Assembly (NCBI GenBank): GCA_028826165.1
Contig: JAPDFW010000021.1
Coordinates: 11,645 to 75,644, forward strand
Origin: Anaeramoeba ignava BMAN
Lineage: Eukaryota > Protista > Anaeramoebae
DNA: 64,000 bases
Direction: 5' to 3'
How positions within the stretch are numbered: the stretch's first letter is position 1; each line of letters starts with the position of its first letter. The position numbers were made by a program, and so were the translations under genes. Shown here in pieces: positions 50,114 to 61,718 of the stretch. Below the pieces are notes generated by a model. The model saw only the letters and a program-made list of their open reading frames with translations. It did not search any database and was not told the DNA's origin.

Positions 50114-53100
50114 TCATTTCTTTCGAGGTTGAATTTCAAGTGATTTTGAATACATCGCATCTTCAGTCCATAATTTAGGAAACCCTCTTAAAAGAGACAT
50201 AATTTGATGAACAGGTTGAAAACCATAAGGAATTAATTGAAAATTTTGAATTTCAAGAATTTTTTCACAAACAAGTCTTCTTTTTTGGAAATTAATTAAA
50301 TTTTGAATAAAATCAGGATTTCCATCTTCAGTAAAAGTTAAATCAGTTAAAACAATTCCCAAATAAGGAAGACAAGGAGGAGTTGAACTTTGCAAAGTTG
50401 TTCTATATTTTTTATAAGAACCAGTAGATGCCATCAAATCCAAAAATTCCTTAAAAGAAGCTGTTCGTTTTTCTGGAACAAGCTTCCAAGTTTCTGTTAA
50501 TCGATATATTGCTGAATTATTTAATCCAGCTATTACTGCCATCATTGTGTTGTAATTCTTCATCCGCAATAAATGATCTGCTATTTTTATAAATTTAGTT
50601 ATCGTTCTTACTCTCTCTTTTGTGCTTTCTGTTGTGATTACTGTTTGTGCTATCCATATTGATAATTCATTAAATCTATCAATTAGTTTAAGTACATTTG
50701 GTGAACGATATTTTAATTTAGGTTTATTCCAAGCTTGATTTAACAATTCTTTTGACTAAATATTTTTGATTTTAATTTTAATTTTAATTTTAATTTTAAT
50801 TTTAATTTTAATTTTAATTTTAATTTTAATTTTAATTTTAATTTTAATTTTAATTTTAATTTTAATTTTAATTTTAATTTTAATTTTAATTTTAATTTTA
50901 ATTTTAATTTTAATTTTAATTTTAATTTTAATTTTAATTTTAATTTTAATTTTAATTTTAATTTTAATTTTAATTTTAATTTTAATTTTAATTTTAATTT
51001 CAATTTTAATTTTAATTTTATTTTTACTTCAATTTTAGAAAAAATTTCAAATTCAATTAATGTTAATTGTTTAGCAATTTCTTGTTTTTTAATATCATCT
51101 AAAGATAATTTTGGACTAAAAAGATTTCTTGGAATAAGAGGAGGTTCTAATTCAACTCTAATTAATTTACTTGATTGATTTCCTGATAATTTTTTAAAAA
51201 CTAAATTTCTTAATCCTTTTGCAAGATCAATATGTTTATCTCTTGCAAGGGAATTATCAATAAATAAAGAAATTTCATGTAAACTTTTTTGATCAAAATC
51301 AGCAAAATAATTTTCAATCCAATTTTTTAAAACAATAATAACTCTCATTTGAACTAAACGACGAAAATTAGGATCAAAATGAGAAGGAACATGATATCTT
51401 TTTTTAAATTGATTTTTAAATTGATTTTTAAATTGATTTTTAAATTGATTTTTAAATTAATTTTTAAATTGATTTTTAAATTGATTTTTAAATTGATTTT
51501 TAAATTGATTTTTAAATTGATTTTTAAATTGATTTTTAAATTCATTTTTAAATTGATTTTTAAATTGATTTCCAAATTGATTTTTAAATTCATTTTTAAA
51601 TTCATTTTTGATATAACTACCTTTCAATTAATTTCTTTAAAAAAAAATGAGTAGTTGTAAATGATTGATAAGTTAATAAAAAATAATTTAAGAATTTTTC
51701 ATTATATTGTTCAGGATCTGTTAATTTTTCAACTAATTTATTTAATGTAGCTGCTCTAATTTGAGATTGCTTATCTATTTTGATTTTGAATTTAATTTTG
51801 ATTTTGAATTTGAATTTGAATTTGATTTTAAATTTGATTTTGATTTTGAATTTGAATTTGATTTTTATTTTGAATTGATTTTTGAATTTGAATTTGATTT
51901 TGAATTTGAATTTGAATTTGATTTTAAATTGATTTTTGAATTTGAATTTAATTTTAATTTTGATTTTGAATTTGATTTTGATTTTGATTTTGATTTTGAT
52001 TTTGATTTTCATTTTGAATTTGAATTTGAATTTCATTTTGAATTTGAATTTAATTTTAATTTTGATTTTGAATTTGATTTTGAATTTAATTTTAATTTTG
52101 ATTTTGAATTTGAATTTGATTTTGATTTTGATTTTGAATTTTGAATTTTGAATTTGAATTTGAATTTGAATTTGAATTTGAATTTGAATTTGAATTTTGA
52201 TTTTAAATTGATTTTTGAATTTTAGTTAAACTACCATTTGGATCTAAAAATAATATATTTTCATCAGAATCTTCTCCTTCTTCCCAAATTGATTTATCAT
52301 CTGTTTTTTGATCATTTCTATTAAAAATAATTTCCAAAAAAAATGATTTAATTAAAATAAAAGAAATATAAAAGGAATTAAATATAAAGAAACCCTATCA
52401 TGAATTCATTAATTTCAACTTCAATATCTTCTCCTTTAGTTTGAGGTTCATTTTGAGGAATATTAATTCCTGAAACAATTTGAAAAAAATCTTCAATTGA
52501 AGGAGCACCCAAAATTAACATTTTTTCAAGATAATTATTTTTCAAATAAGGAAGTTGGTCTTTTTTTTAAATTGAAATTAAAATGAAATTAAATTAAATT
52601 AAATTAAATTAAAATAAATTAAATTAAATTAAATTAAATTAAATTAAATTAAATTAAATTAAATTAAATTAAATTAAATTGAAATTAAATTAAATTGAAA
52701 TTAAATTGAATTGAAATTAAATTAAATTGAATTAAATTGAAATTAAATTAAATTAAATTGAATTGAATTGAAATTAAATTAAATTAAATTAAATTGAATT
52801 GAAATTGAAATTAAAATTAAATTAAATTAAATTAAATTAAATTGAAATTAAATTGAAATTAAATTAAATTAAATTAAATTAAATTAAATTAAATTAAATT
52901 AAATTAAATTAAATTAAATTAAATTAAATTAAATTAAATTAAATTGAAATTAAATTGAAATTAAATTGAAATTAAATTGAAATGAAATTAAATTAAATTA
53001 AAATTAAATTGAAATTAAATTGAAATTAAATTAAATTAAATTGAAATTAAATTAAATTAAATTAAATTAAATTAAATTAAATTAAATTGTAATTAAATTA

Positions 53101-53960
53101 ATTGAATTAAATTATTTGAATTAAAATGAAATTAAATTGAAATGAAATTAAATTAATTAAATTATTTGAATTGAATTAAATTAAATCTTTAAACGGACAA
53201 TTAATTCCACTTTCTTGACATATAGATAAAACAGTTTTCTTAAAACCTAACAAAGAAAGATATTCTAAAATCATTTGTAAAGTTTGAGATTTAGATAAAA
53301 GAGTTGGATTTTCTGTTTTTGCTGTTTGAGAAAGAATAGAAAAACTAATTTAAAAAAATTAAATTAAAAATTTAATAAAAATTTATTCAAAAATTTTTAA
53401 TCAAAAAATTTAATTACCTTTCTAGTTTTGAAAAAAAGCGACTTCTTTCTTTCATTTCTAAAACTGCAGGATTCCGTCTCATTGCATGATTTATCCATTC
53501 AGTTTTGGGTAAATCAGTTACTTCTTGAATATCAGTTTTTTTAAAAATATTTTCTATAACTTCATGAGTTACAGTTTTTTTTAATTTTCCATAAGTTTTA
53601 TTAGCAATTGCTTCATGAATATTTCTTCCAGAACTTTTAGGTGAATAACCTGATAATAACTTAATTTTTGAAGAAGAATTTTATGATTAATTAATAGGGA
53701 AAATTTAAATCATTTTGGGAAATTTTGAAAAATTTTTTTTTGCTTTTTTTTTTAATTTAAATTTTTAATTTAATTTTTTTTTTTACTAAAGTAGAAGTTT
53801 TTGGTGAAAATTCTGGCATTTTTTCTTGTTCTGAATCAGTTGAACTTTCTATATTTTCATCATAACCTGAATCATCAACATTTTCTTCAAATAAATCATC
53901 TTCTACTGTTGTTTTTCCAAAAATTATTTGTGATTTTGAACGATCTTGATTTGGATTCAT
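50114..53960 (-). CDS. Ras guanine nucleotide exchange factor: LisH-like motif, REM (RasGEF_N) and CDC25 domain; ~8 exons
   Basis: LisH-like: QTLQMILEYLSLLGFKKTVLSICQESG. REM: AATLNKLVEKLT, FLLTYQSF. CDC25: IAKQLTLIEFEIF, RFNELSIWI, NYNTMMAVIAGLNNSAIYRL, PCLPYLGIVLTDLTFTEDGNPD, INFQKRR. The GT-AG introns are microsatellite-filled. Confidence 0.92.
50756..53190. repeat. Four RasGEF introns, each filled with a different microsatellite: (TTTTAA)n 50770-51020, (TTTTTAAATTGA)n 51400-51600, (TTTGAA/TTTTGA)n 51780-52220, (AAATT)n 52570-53185
   Basis: Visible directly; each repeat is bounded by GT/AG dinucleotides on the minus strand. Confidence 0.9.
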
Positions 53961-53978
53961 TTTTTTAAAAAAAAGAAA

Positions 53979-54004
53979 AAAAATGAAAAATGAAAAATGA
54001 AAAA
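53979..54004 (-). promoter_or_regulatory. Tandem TCATTTT initiator-like elements upstream of RasGEF
   Basis: The + strand reads aaatgaaaaatgaaaaatgaaaa, ~20-45 nt upstream of ATG 53960. Confidence 0.55.
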
Positions 54005-54134
54005 TTTAAATTTAAAATTAAAATTCTTTTTTCTCAAATTTTATTGAAAAAAAAAAAAGAAATTAAATTCTAAAAAGGAAAAAAAAAAGTGGAACAAATT
54101 TAAAAATTACTATTTTTGAATCAGTAAAAAAAAA

Positions 54135-54512
54135 ACAATTTTAATTTTAATTTTAATTTTAATTTTAATTTTAATTTTATAAATGAATTTTAATTTTAAT
54201 TTTAATTTTAATTTTAATTTTAATTTTAATTTTTTAAATGAATTTTAATATTAATATTAATTTTAATTTTAATTTTAATTTTAATATTAATTTTAATTTT
54301 AATTTTAATTTTAATTTTAATATTAATAATAATTTTAATTTTAATTTTAATTTTAATTTTAATTTTAATTTTAATTTTAATTTTAATTTTAATTTTAATT
54401 TTAATTTTAATTTTAATTTTAATTTTATAAATGAATTTTAATTTTAAAATGAATTTTAATTTTATAAATGAATTTTAATTTTATAAATGAATTTTAATTT
54501 TATAAATGAATT
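54135..54512. repeat. Intergenic (TTTTAA)n microsatellite
   Basis: Visible directly. Confidence 0.9.
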
Positions 54513-57500
54513 TTAATTTTGATGAATTAATTTCCCCAAATTACAAATTGGACAATCTTCAATTTTCAAATTAGAAATGGTTTCAAAACTAAAAATACTT
54601 TTGCAAATTTCACATTTATAAAAATGTTTTTTTTCTAAAATATTGAAATTTTCCATGCAATATAAAATTGGTTCTCCACAAGAACATTTTAATTCTTCAA
54701 TGGGAAAAGTCTTTCCACATTTATAGCAAACAAATTGAGTTAAGTTTCTATTTTCTTGGTTATTTTTATTGCATAATTGAATTTGGGATTGATAATTTTT
54801 TGATAAATCTGAATATTCTGAGATAAAATTTCCAATCATTATTTTAGCAATTCCAAAATTTTGAGATTCAATAACTTGAGAAATTGCAACTTTTTTGCAA
54901 ATGAATAAATCTCTTTTCTGCAAATTAACTTCAAGAAGAATTAATGATAAAAGAAATAATTGTTTTCGAATTTTTGTGATTTCTTGTTCATTATTTTCGT
55001 TTTGTTTAAGATTTTTTAATTCTTGAATAAGAGAATTGATTTTCGTAATAATTTTCAATGCAATTATATATGATACACACCAATTAATTGGTTGTGAATT
55101 TTGATGTTTGTCTTTAATTAAAGTTAAACTAATTCGAAAATAATTTTCAGCTTCTTTAAAATTCATTTTACGAAAACTTGAAACTGCTTCTTTAAAAACT
55201 TCTGAACTTGATTTAAATTGTGATTTTTCTGAATTAGACATGTTTTTTTCATTTTCTTTTTGTTCAATATTGGGATTCTTAATTGGAAGAGAATGGAAAC
55301 GTTGATGAAGAGGTATTTTTTGATTTTGAGTTTGCATTTCTGAATTAATTTTTGAGATTGTTAGATGTTTTTGATTTTGATTTTGATTTTGATTTTGATT
55401 TTGATTTTGATTTTGATTTTGATTTTGATTTTGATTTTGATTTTGATTTTTGTTTTCATTTTGATTTTGATTTTGATTTAAATTTTGATTTTGATTTTGA
55501 TTTTGATTTTGATTTTGATTTTGATTTTGATTTTCATTTTGATTTTGATTTTGATTTTGATTTTGATTTTTATTTTCATTTTGATTTTCATTTTGATTTT
55601 GATTTTGATTTTCATTTTGATTTTGATTTTCATTTTCATTTTCATTTTGATTTTGATTTTCATTTTGATTTAAATTTTGATTTTCATTTTGATTTTGATT
55701 TTGATTTTTCTCATTCTCTGAATTTTCTTGATCTTCCTTTTTCTCTCTAAGATTTTTAGTTAAAAATTTTTTAAATCCTTCTTTAGATGGTGATGTTAAA
55801 CTTAATTTAAATTTAAATGAACTAAGATTTGTTTTTGGAACTGATTGTTTTTCAACTTCATCTTTGGATTTAATTTTTAATTTTGATAATGAAGTTTTTA
55901 AATGTTTCATCTCATTAATTCCATCATCTGAATCTGAAAAATCTGAAAAATCTGAATTAAAATTATAATCAAAAGAAAATTTGGGATCATCAATTGTATC
56001 AATTTTTTGATCATGATATTTTGAATTTTTTTTCGTTGTTTTTTGTGTTTTTTCAACTTTTTCTGTATCTGTATCAGATTTTTTTTGATTTTCATTTTGA
56101 TTTTCATTTTGATTTTGATTTTCATTTTGATTTTGATTTTGATTCTGATTTTGATTTTGATTTTGATTTTGATTTTGATTTTCATTTTCTAAATTTAGAT
56201 TCGGAAATTTTAATTCGGTATTTTCAATATCTTGAAAAGGTTTAATTTCAAAATCATCCAAAACTTTTGTTTTTTGAATCCAATCAAAATTAATAGGAAT
56301 CCAATCAGATAATTCATTTAAATTAATTCTTTTCAAATCAAATTCAACATCAACTTCATTTTGATTGTGAATTTTGAAAACATTCTTATCAAATTTCATC
56401 AGAAATTTTTTTGGAGATTTCAATTCTTGATGAATAGGTTTTGTAATTATTTTAAAATTCCGAAATCTTTTTTGATGTTTTAAATGTTTGTTTTGGAAAT
56501 TAATTCCAAAATTTGACAATAAATTTTGCACTTGTTGAATTGGTGTTTCAAGTTGAATAAAATCATCTAATCCAAGAATATAAGAGCATTGAGAAAGAAA
56601 TAAATTGATTGAAATATAATCTTGTTTGATTTCTGGATTTAATTTCAAATTTGTTTGTTTTGCTGGTTGAGATTTGGAAATATTTCTTGTGAACCTGAAA
56701 TAAACTAGATAAATCAACCATGCAATTTCAGTAAATTCCTTCATCATAAAAAATAATACTAACAATGAATAATAATCTTGCAATAAATAAAAGCAACGAA
56801 CTGCAAACTCAAATTGTCCTTTTGATACACATTCTTTGGCAAATTTATTCATTAAAGAATCAATATTTTTTTTAGAATTTCCTGAATTAATTTCGTTTTG
56901 GATATTCAATTTGTGAGAAACAAGAAGACTAAATGCATTTTCAAATTGTTGTGAATTCAATGCAAACTCAATTTGTTCTTTAATTGATAACGAATTATCA
57001 AGCATGCATGAAACAATAAATGAAATATCAGGATAGCCTTGTTGATAAAGAAAATGAAGAATTTCTTTGTTTAATCGAGTAACTCCGTGTCTCTGAAGTA
57101 AATTAGGCAAATAAATATTGAGAAATTTATCATTAAATTGGGAATCATGAATATATAACTTGGGAATTGAAACTAATCCACAAAGTAATGGTTCTAATAA
57201 CCCAATAGGTTGTTCAATGAAAATTATTTTATTCATCAACTTCCCACAAAATATAATCCTATCATAAATAACACCAGCAATCACAAGATTGGGAATGTTT
57301 AGAGAGCACAAAGTAAGTGATTTGATGCTTCGATTTGTTGTGATATAATTCAAATGTGTGCTTGTGTTATAAAAAAGTGAATATCCAACCCAAAAACATG
57401 AATGAAAATATGGATAATTGGAATATTTTTTGGGAGCTCGAACAAAATTAACAATTCGAAACTCTGAATCAAGAATCAAAATCCTTTTGGTGGTTACAAT

Positions 57501-59522
57501 AGCTCCAAAAACAGAATTCAATTCAGAGGTTTGATGCCAATTTACAGAAATCACATACTCGTTTTTGTCAAGATGTGAAATGATGAAATTTGTGTGTTCA
57601 TGAATTGCTGTGAATTGTTTATCTTCATCAAAACTCATTGTCAAATCAATTTCCTTGCTGTTTGAATTTTCATTTTCAAAAATTTGATTTTCTCTTGCGT
57701 TATTTTGAAGAATTACACATTTGAAAACTTGTTGAAACGGTTCCTCCAAAAAAATGTAAATTTGTTCTTCAATTTCTTGCGAAAATAATTGCGAAACAGG
57801 ACTTTCCAATTGAATAATTTGGATTTGTTGAAAATCAAACTCATTTGTGATAAAACTATTGTGGAAAATTTGAAGACCATCGTTGCACAAAACTAAAAAC
57901 TCTGAATGATCCTTTTGTATAAAACAAATATCTCTTCCATCTCCAAAAATAATTTGTTCAGGTTCCTCTTCATCAAACAAGAAAAACCTGTAATGAAATG
58001 CAAATTGTAGTTGATATTCTCCAAAAATATCTTCATGAACACCAGAAAGTGTAAGAGTGTCATGCTTAATAATTTCATTCTTGATTTTTTCAATTGTAAA
58101 TTCTCCATTATCCAAATAATTTTTGTTGGGTAATTCTTCGTTATATGATTGATTGCGACTGGAAAAACTAGATTTGAATTTCTTCCTTCGATGAGGATGA
58201 TTGAAAGTGTTTGTCTTGATCACAATCGCAAAACATTTCTTGAAAGGACTAAAATCAAATTTGGTGATTTTTCCATTTCCAATTTCCTCAATAAATTGCT
58301 TTGGAAAAAAACTTCGAAATGATGTTGTTTGTTGTTGAAGTGAATATCCTTTGATTCTGTTGTATTTTTTGTTCACATAATAAATATCTTTCAAGATCTC
58401 TTGTTTTTCTGGTGAAATTAAACTATCTTTCAAAAATTGCATTTGGGTAACACGAGGAAAAGTTGAATTTGGATGATTTTTGAGAACAAAATTAAATAAT
58501 CCAATAGAAAATTCTTTTTCTGTTTCGCTTTTTTGGATTGATAAAATATAATTGAATTTTGGATGTGAAACAATTTGTGCAAATTTATAATCTTGGAAAT
58601 GGGAAACTCCGCAATTATTGGAAAAATAATTTGCAAAATACGATTTTCCTTGATTGATTTTTTGAGTGATTTCTGATTGTTGATCTTTCTTGATATTCCA
58701 ATTAATGCCAAAAGAATACAATCTGTTTGAATCTGTGAGAAAAATATACGAATCTTCAGAATGATGGAAAGAAACTGAAATAATTGGAACATGTTCTTGA
58801 AGTTGCAAATAAATAAGAAGATTTGGTTTGTTTTCTGTAGATAAATCCCAAAGTGTGATAATTCCATAATTCCCACAAATAATAATTTTGTCTGGGTTAT
58901 CTGGACAAAAATAGGCAACAAGAGGTTGAAAATATTTCATCATCCGAATCTCCTTTATGCTCCAAAAATCCAAAATACTAACAATTTCTTTTTTTTTATA
59001 ATTGAAAATTTGAGGATTTTCTTGAACAAAAACAACACATAATAACGGTTTTTGTTGATGACAATCAATTGAAATTATGTTTCTATTTGAAATTTCAATC
59101 TCTTCAAATTGCCTTTTTTCTTCTTGAAATAGAAATTTTAAATTCACTTGAGAAATGATATTTGAATTCTTTCGAAAAATAAACAATTTCAAATCATTTT
59201 CACTTATTGCTATTGATTGTATTTGATTTTTCACTTTTTTTAACAAATTGAATGTTGAAAATAATTTGGGATTTATATGTGTATTTGTTTTGTAAATATA
59301 AACAATTTCTTCTTTGCTAATTGCAATTAAATATTCTTCATTTTTTAAATGAAATAAATGCATAATTTTTGAACGAACTTTTGATATTTTATTCACAATA
59401 GAAAGTGTTTCTAAATCAAATTGAAAAATTTTTTGCTTTGTAGAAAAAAATAGTGTTGGAATTTCTGGATGAAAACAAGCAGAAAAAGATTTATTTATTG
59501 TGTGAAATTTTCTAAATTCCAT
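54513..59522 (-). CDS. TSET/TPLATE complex scaffold subunit TTRAY1 (plant TWD40-1-like): two beta-propellers, alpha-solenoid, COPA-like C-terminus with Cys clusters
   Basis: Intronless 1669 aa. The motifs ACFHP..FQFDLET, IISIDCHQQKPLL, VISVNWHQT..GAIVTTKRILIL, SCFWVGYSLFYNTST, VIAGVIYDRIIF, IGLLEPLLCG, CVSYIIAL, QNFGIAK and CEIC...CPICNLG occur in the same order as recalled plant TWD40-1 motifs. Confidence 0.8.
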   Translation of the reverse strand: MEFRKFHTINKSFSACFHPEIPTLFFSTKQKIFQFDLETLSIVNKISKVRSKIMHLFHLKNEEYLIAISKEEIVYIYKTNTHINPKLFSTFNLLKKVKNQIQSIAISENDLKLFIFRKNSNIISQVNLKFLFQEEKRQFEEIEISNRNIISIDCHQQKPLLCVVFVQENPQIFNYKKKEIVSILDFWSIKEIRMMKYFQPLVAYFCPDNPDKIIICGNYGIITLWDLSTENKPNLLIYLQLQEHVPIISVSFHHSEDSYIFLTDSNRLYSFGINWNIKKDQQSEITQKINQGKSYFANYFSNNCGVSHFQDYKFAQIVSHPKFNYILSIQKSETEKEFSIGLFNFVLKNHPNSTFPRVTQMQFLKDSLISPEKQEILKDIYYVNKKYNRIKGYSLQQQTTSFRSFFPKQFIEEIGNGKITKFDFSPFKKCFAIVIKTNTFNHPHRRKKFKSSFSSRNQSYNEELPNKNYLDNGEFTIEKIKNEIIKHDTLTLSGVHEDIFGEYQLQFAFHYRFFLFDEEEPEQIIFGDGRDICFIQKDHSEFLVLCNDGLQIFHNSFITNEFDFQQIQIIQLESPVSQLFSQEIEEQIYIFLEEPFQQVFKCVILQNNARENQIFENENSNSKEIDLTMSFDEDKQFTAIHEHTNFIISHLDKNEYVISVNWHQTSELNSVFGAIVTTKRILILDSEFRIVNFVRAPKKYSNYPYFHSCFWVGYSLFYNTSTHLNYITTNRSIKSLTLCSLNIPNLVIAGVIYDRIIFCGKLMNKIIFIEQPIGLLEPLLCGLVSIPKLYIHDSQFNDKFLNIYLPNLLQRHGVTRLNKEILHFLYQQGYPDISFIVSCMLDNSLSIKEQIEFALNSQQFENAFSLLVSHKLNIQNEINSGNSKKNIDSLMNKFAKECVSKGQFEFAVRCFYLLQDYYSLLVLFFMMKEFTEIAWLIYLVYFRFTRNISKSQPAKQTNLKLNPEIKQDYISINLFLSQCSYILGLDDFIQLETPIQQVQNLLSNFGINFQNKHLKHQKRFRNFKIITKPIHQELKSPKKFLMKFDKNVFKIHNQNEVDVEFDLKRINLNELSDWIPINFDWIQKTKVLDDFEIKPFQDIENTELKFPNLNLENENQNQNQNQNQNQNQNQNQNENQNQNENQNENQKKSDTDTEKVEKTQKTTKKNSKYHDQKIDTIDDPKFSFDYNFNSDFSDFSDSDDGINEMKHLKTSLSKLKIKSKDEVEKQSVPKTNLSSFKFKLSLTSPSKEGFKKFLTKNLREKKEDQENSENEKNQNQNQNENQNLNQNENQNQNENENENQNQNENQNQNQNENQNENKNQNQNQNQNQNENQNQNQNQNQNQNQNQNLNQNQNQNENKNQNQNQNQNQNQNQNQNQNQNQNQNQKHLTISKINSEMQTQNQKIPLHQRFHSLPIKNPNIEQKENEKNMSNSEKSQFKSSSEVFKEAVSSFRKMNFKEAENYFRISLTLIKDKHQNSQPINWCVSYIIALKIITKINSLIQELKNLKQNENNEQEITKIRKQLFLLSLILLEVNLQKRDLFICKKVAISQVIESQNFGIAKIMIGNFISEYSDLSKNYQSQIQLCNKNNQENRNLTQFVCYKCGKTFPIEELKCSCGEPILYCMENFNILEKKHFYKCEICKSIFSFETISNLKIEDCPICNLGKLIHQN

Positions 59523-59542
59523 TTTAAAAAAAAAACAAATTA

Positions 59543-59570
59543 AAAAAATGAAAAATGAAAAAATGAAAAA
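59543..59570 (-). promoter_or_regulatory. Tandem TCATTTT initiator-like elements upstream of TTRAY1
   Basis: The + strand reads aaaatgaaaaatgaaaaaatgaaaaa within a 58-bp intergenic gap. Confidence 0.55.
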
Positions 59571-59580
59571 AAAATATTTT

Positions 59581-61686
59581 TTATTTTAATTTCTTTTTCT
59601 TTTCTTTTTCAATTATTTCTAAAGCTAAATATTGACCATCTTTAAGCATTGCAACATCATCATCATCAATAATATAAATATGAGGTTCTTCTTTAGTAAT
59701 AATTTTATTAATTTGAGAAATTTCAATTTCCAATTTTTTTGATAATTTATTTCTTAATAAATTAATAGAAGGATTTTCTAAATAAATTTGAATATAAATT
59801 TGATTTTGAAAATTTGAGAAAAAATCGGAATTTTTTTTGTTGTCATTTTCTTTTGAAAAATATTTGTTTTCAACTTGAGATTTTTGAATAAAACAAAAAT
59901 ACTGATTCCAATTGATTTTTTAATTTGAGAAGAATTTTCTAAATTTTGAAAATTTTGTGGAAAAACAAAACCGAATGAATTTAAGTTAGTATTCATAGTA
60001 TCTAAATTAGAATTATTTGAATGTAATAAAGCAGTTCTTTCTGCTATTTTTCTTCTTGCTCCAAATGATTTGATTTCTATTTCTTTTTCTAATATTTCTA
60101 GTGTTAAAAATGGTAATTCAGATCCAGTTATATGATTTCTAATAAAATTTGGAACATATTCTTCAAGTCCAATCGAATAAACCCAATCAGCAACATCCTT
60201 TAAATCCCATTGAAATAAAGGTTTATAATTCAATCTCTTAATGTTTGATGGTTTATATTTTAAAACTCGATTTTTTGGAATAATAAAAGGTTGTTGAATT
60301 TGTAAATTTTTCATTTTGGATTTTGATTTGGATTTTGATTTGATTTCTTGTTGTTGATCATCATCTTCATCACTTTGTTCTGATTCACTTTCTTGTGCAT
60401 CATCTTCTTGTTCATCTTCTTGATCTTCCAATTGATTTTCTTGATTTTCTTGATTTTCTATTTGATTTTCTTGATTTTCATTTTGATTTAATTGATTTTC
60501 ATTTTGATTTTCTTGATTTGATTGATTTGATTCATTTTCAACTTGATTTGATTCATTTTCTTGTATTTCTTTTTTTTCCTCTATTTTTTTTGATTCTTGT
60601 TTTTGAGTTGGATTTCTTTCACTTTGTATTTTTCCTGGATTTAATAATGCTTCTAAACATTTTTCATTTCCAAATCTTGAAGCTAAATAATCGGGCTTTT
60701 TGTTATATCTATTTGGTTGAGATTCTGCTTTATATCTTTGAAGTGATAAAATTCCTTCAAGATTTCCTTTGAATGCTGCTTTATGAAGTGGTGTATTTTC
60801 ATCTTGATCATTTGCATTAGGATCTGCTCCTTTTTCTAATAACTTTTTAAATTTTAATTTTAATTTTAATTTTAATTTTAATTTTAATTTTAATTTTAAT
60901 TTTAATTTTAATTTTATAAATGAATTTTAATTTTAATTTTAATTTTAATTTTAATTTTTAATTTTAATTTTAATTTTAATTTTAATTTTAAATTTTAATT
61001 TTAATTTTTAATTTTAATTTTAATTTTAATTTTAATTTTAAATTTTAATTTTGATTTTAATTTTAATATCAATTTTAATTTTAATTTTTAATTTTAATTT
61101 TAAATTTTAATTTTAATTTTGATTTTAATTTTAATTTTAATTTTAATTTTAATTTTAATTTTAATTTTAATTTTAATTTTAATTTTAATTTTAATTTTAA
61201 TTTTAATTTTAATTTTTAATATTAATTTTAATTTTAATTTTAATTTTAATTTTATATTTAATTTTAATTTTAATTTTAATTATGATTTTTAATTTTTAAT
61301 TTAAATTTTAATTTTAATTTTAATTTTAATTTTAATTTTAATTTTAATTTTGATTTTAAATTTAAATTTGAATTTTAATTTTAATTTTAATTTTAATTTT
61401 AATTTTAATTTTAATTTTAATTTTAATTTTGATTTTAATTTTAATTTTAATTTTAATTTTAATTTTAATTTTAATTTTAATTTTAATTTTAATTTTAATT
61501 TTAATTTTATCGTTAAAAAAAATTTAAACAAACAAAATCAAGAATATCTATTAAATCTGGATTTGTAGCTGCATGATGTAAACTTGTCATTTCACTTTCA
61601 TCTTTTTCATTTACATCAGCTCCACCATTTATAAGTTTTTTAACTTCTTCAAAATTTCCATCTTTTACAGCTTCAATTAAACTCAT
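59581..61686 (-). CDS. Ankyrin repeat - SAM domain protein with ANKRD40-like C-terminal domain
   Basis: ATG at 61686: MSLIEAVKDGNFEEVKKLINGGADVNEKDESEMTSLHHAA. After intron ~61531-60843: LLEKGADPNANDQDENTPLHKAAFKGN, then the SAM motif QWDLKDVADWVYSIGLEEYVPNFIRNHITGSELPFL. After intron ~59902-59850: LLRNKLSKKLEIEISQINKII...DDDDVAMLKDGQYLALEI, with TAA at 59581-59583. Confidence 0.82.
60850..61510. repeat. Intronic (TTTTAA)n microsatellite
   Basis: Visible directly. Confidence 0.92.
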
Positions 61687-61718
61687 TATAATTTAAAAAT
61701 TTAAATTTAAAAAAATTG

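Noticed and set aside
54513-59522. Coatomer alpha (COPA)
   Set aside because: It lacks the highly conserved COPA N-terminal WD40 sequence, and the motifs fit TTRAY1/TWD40-1 better.
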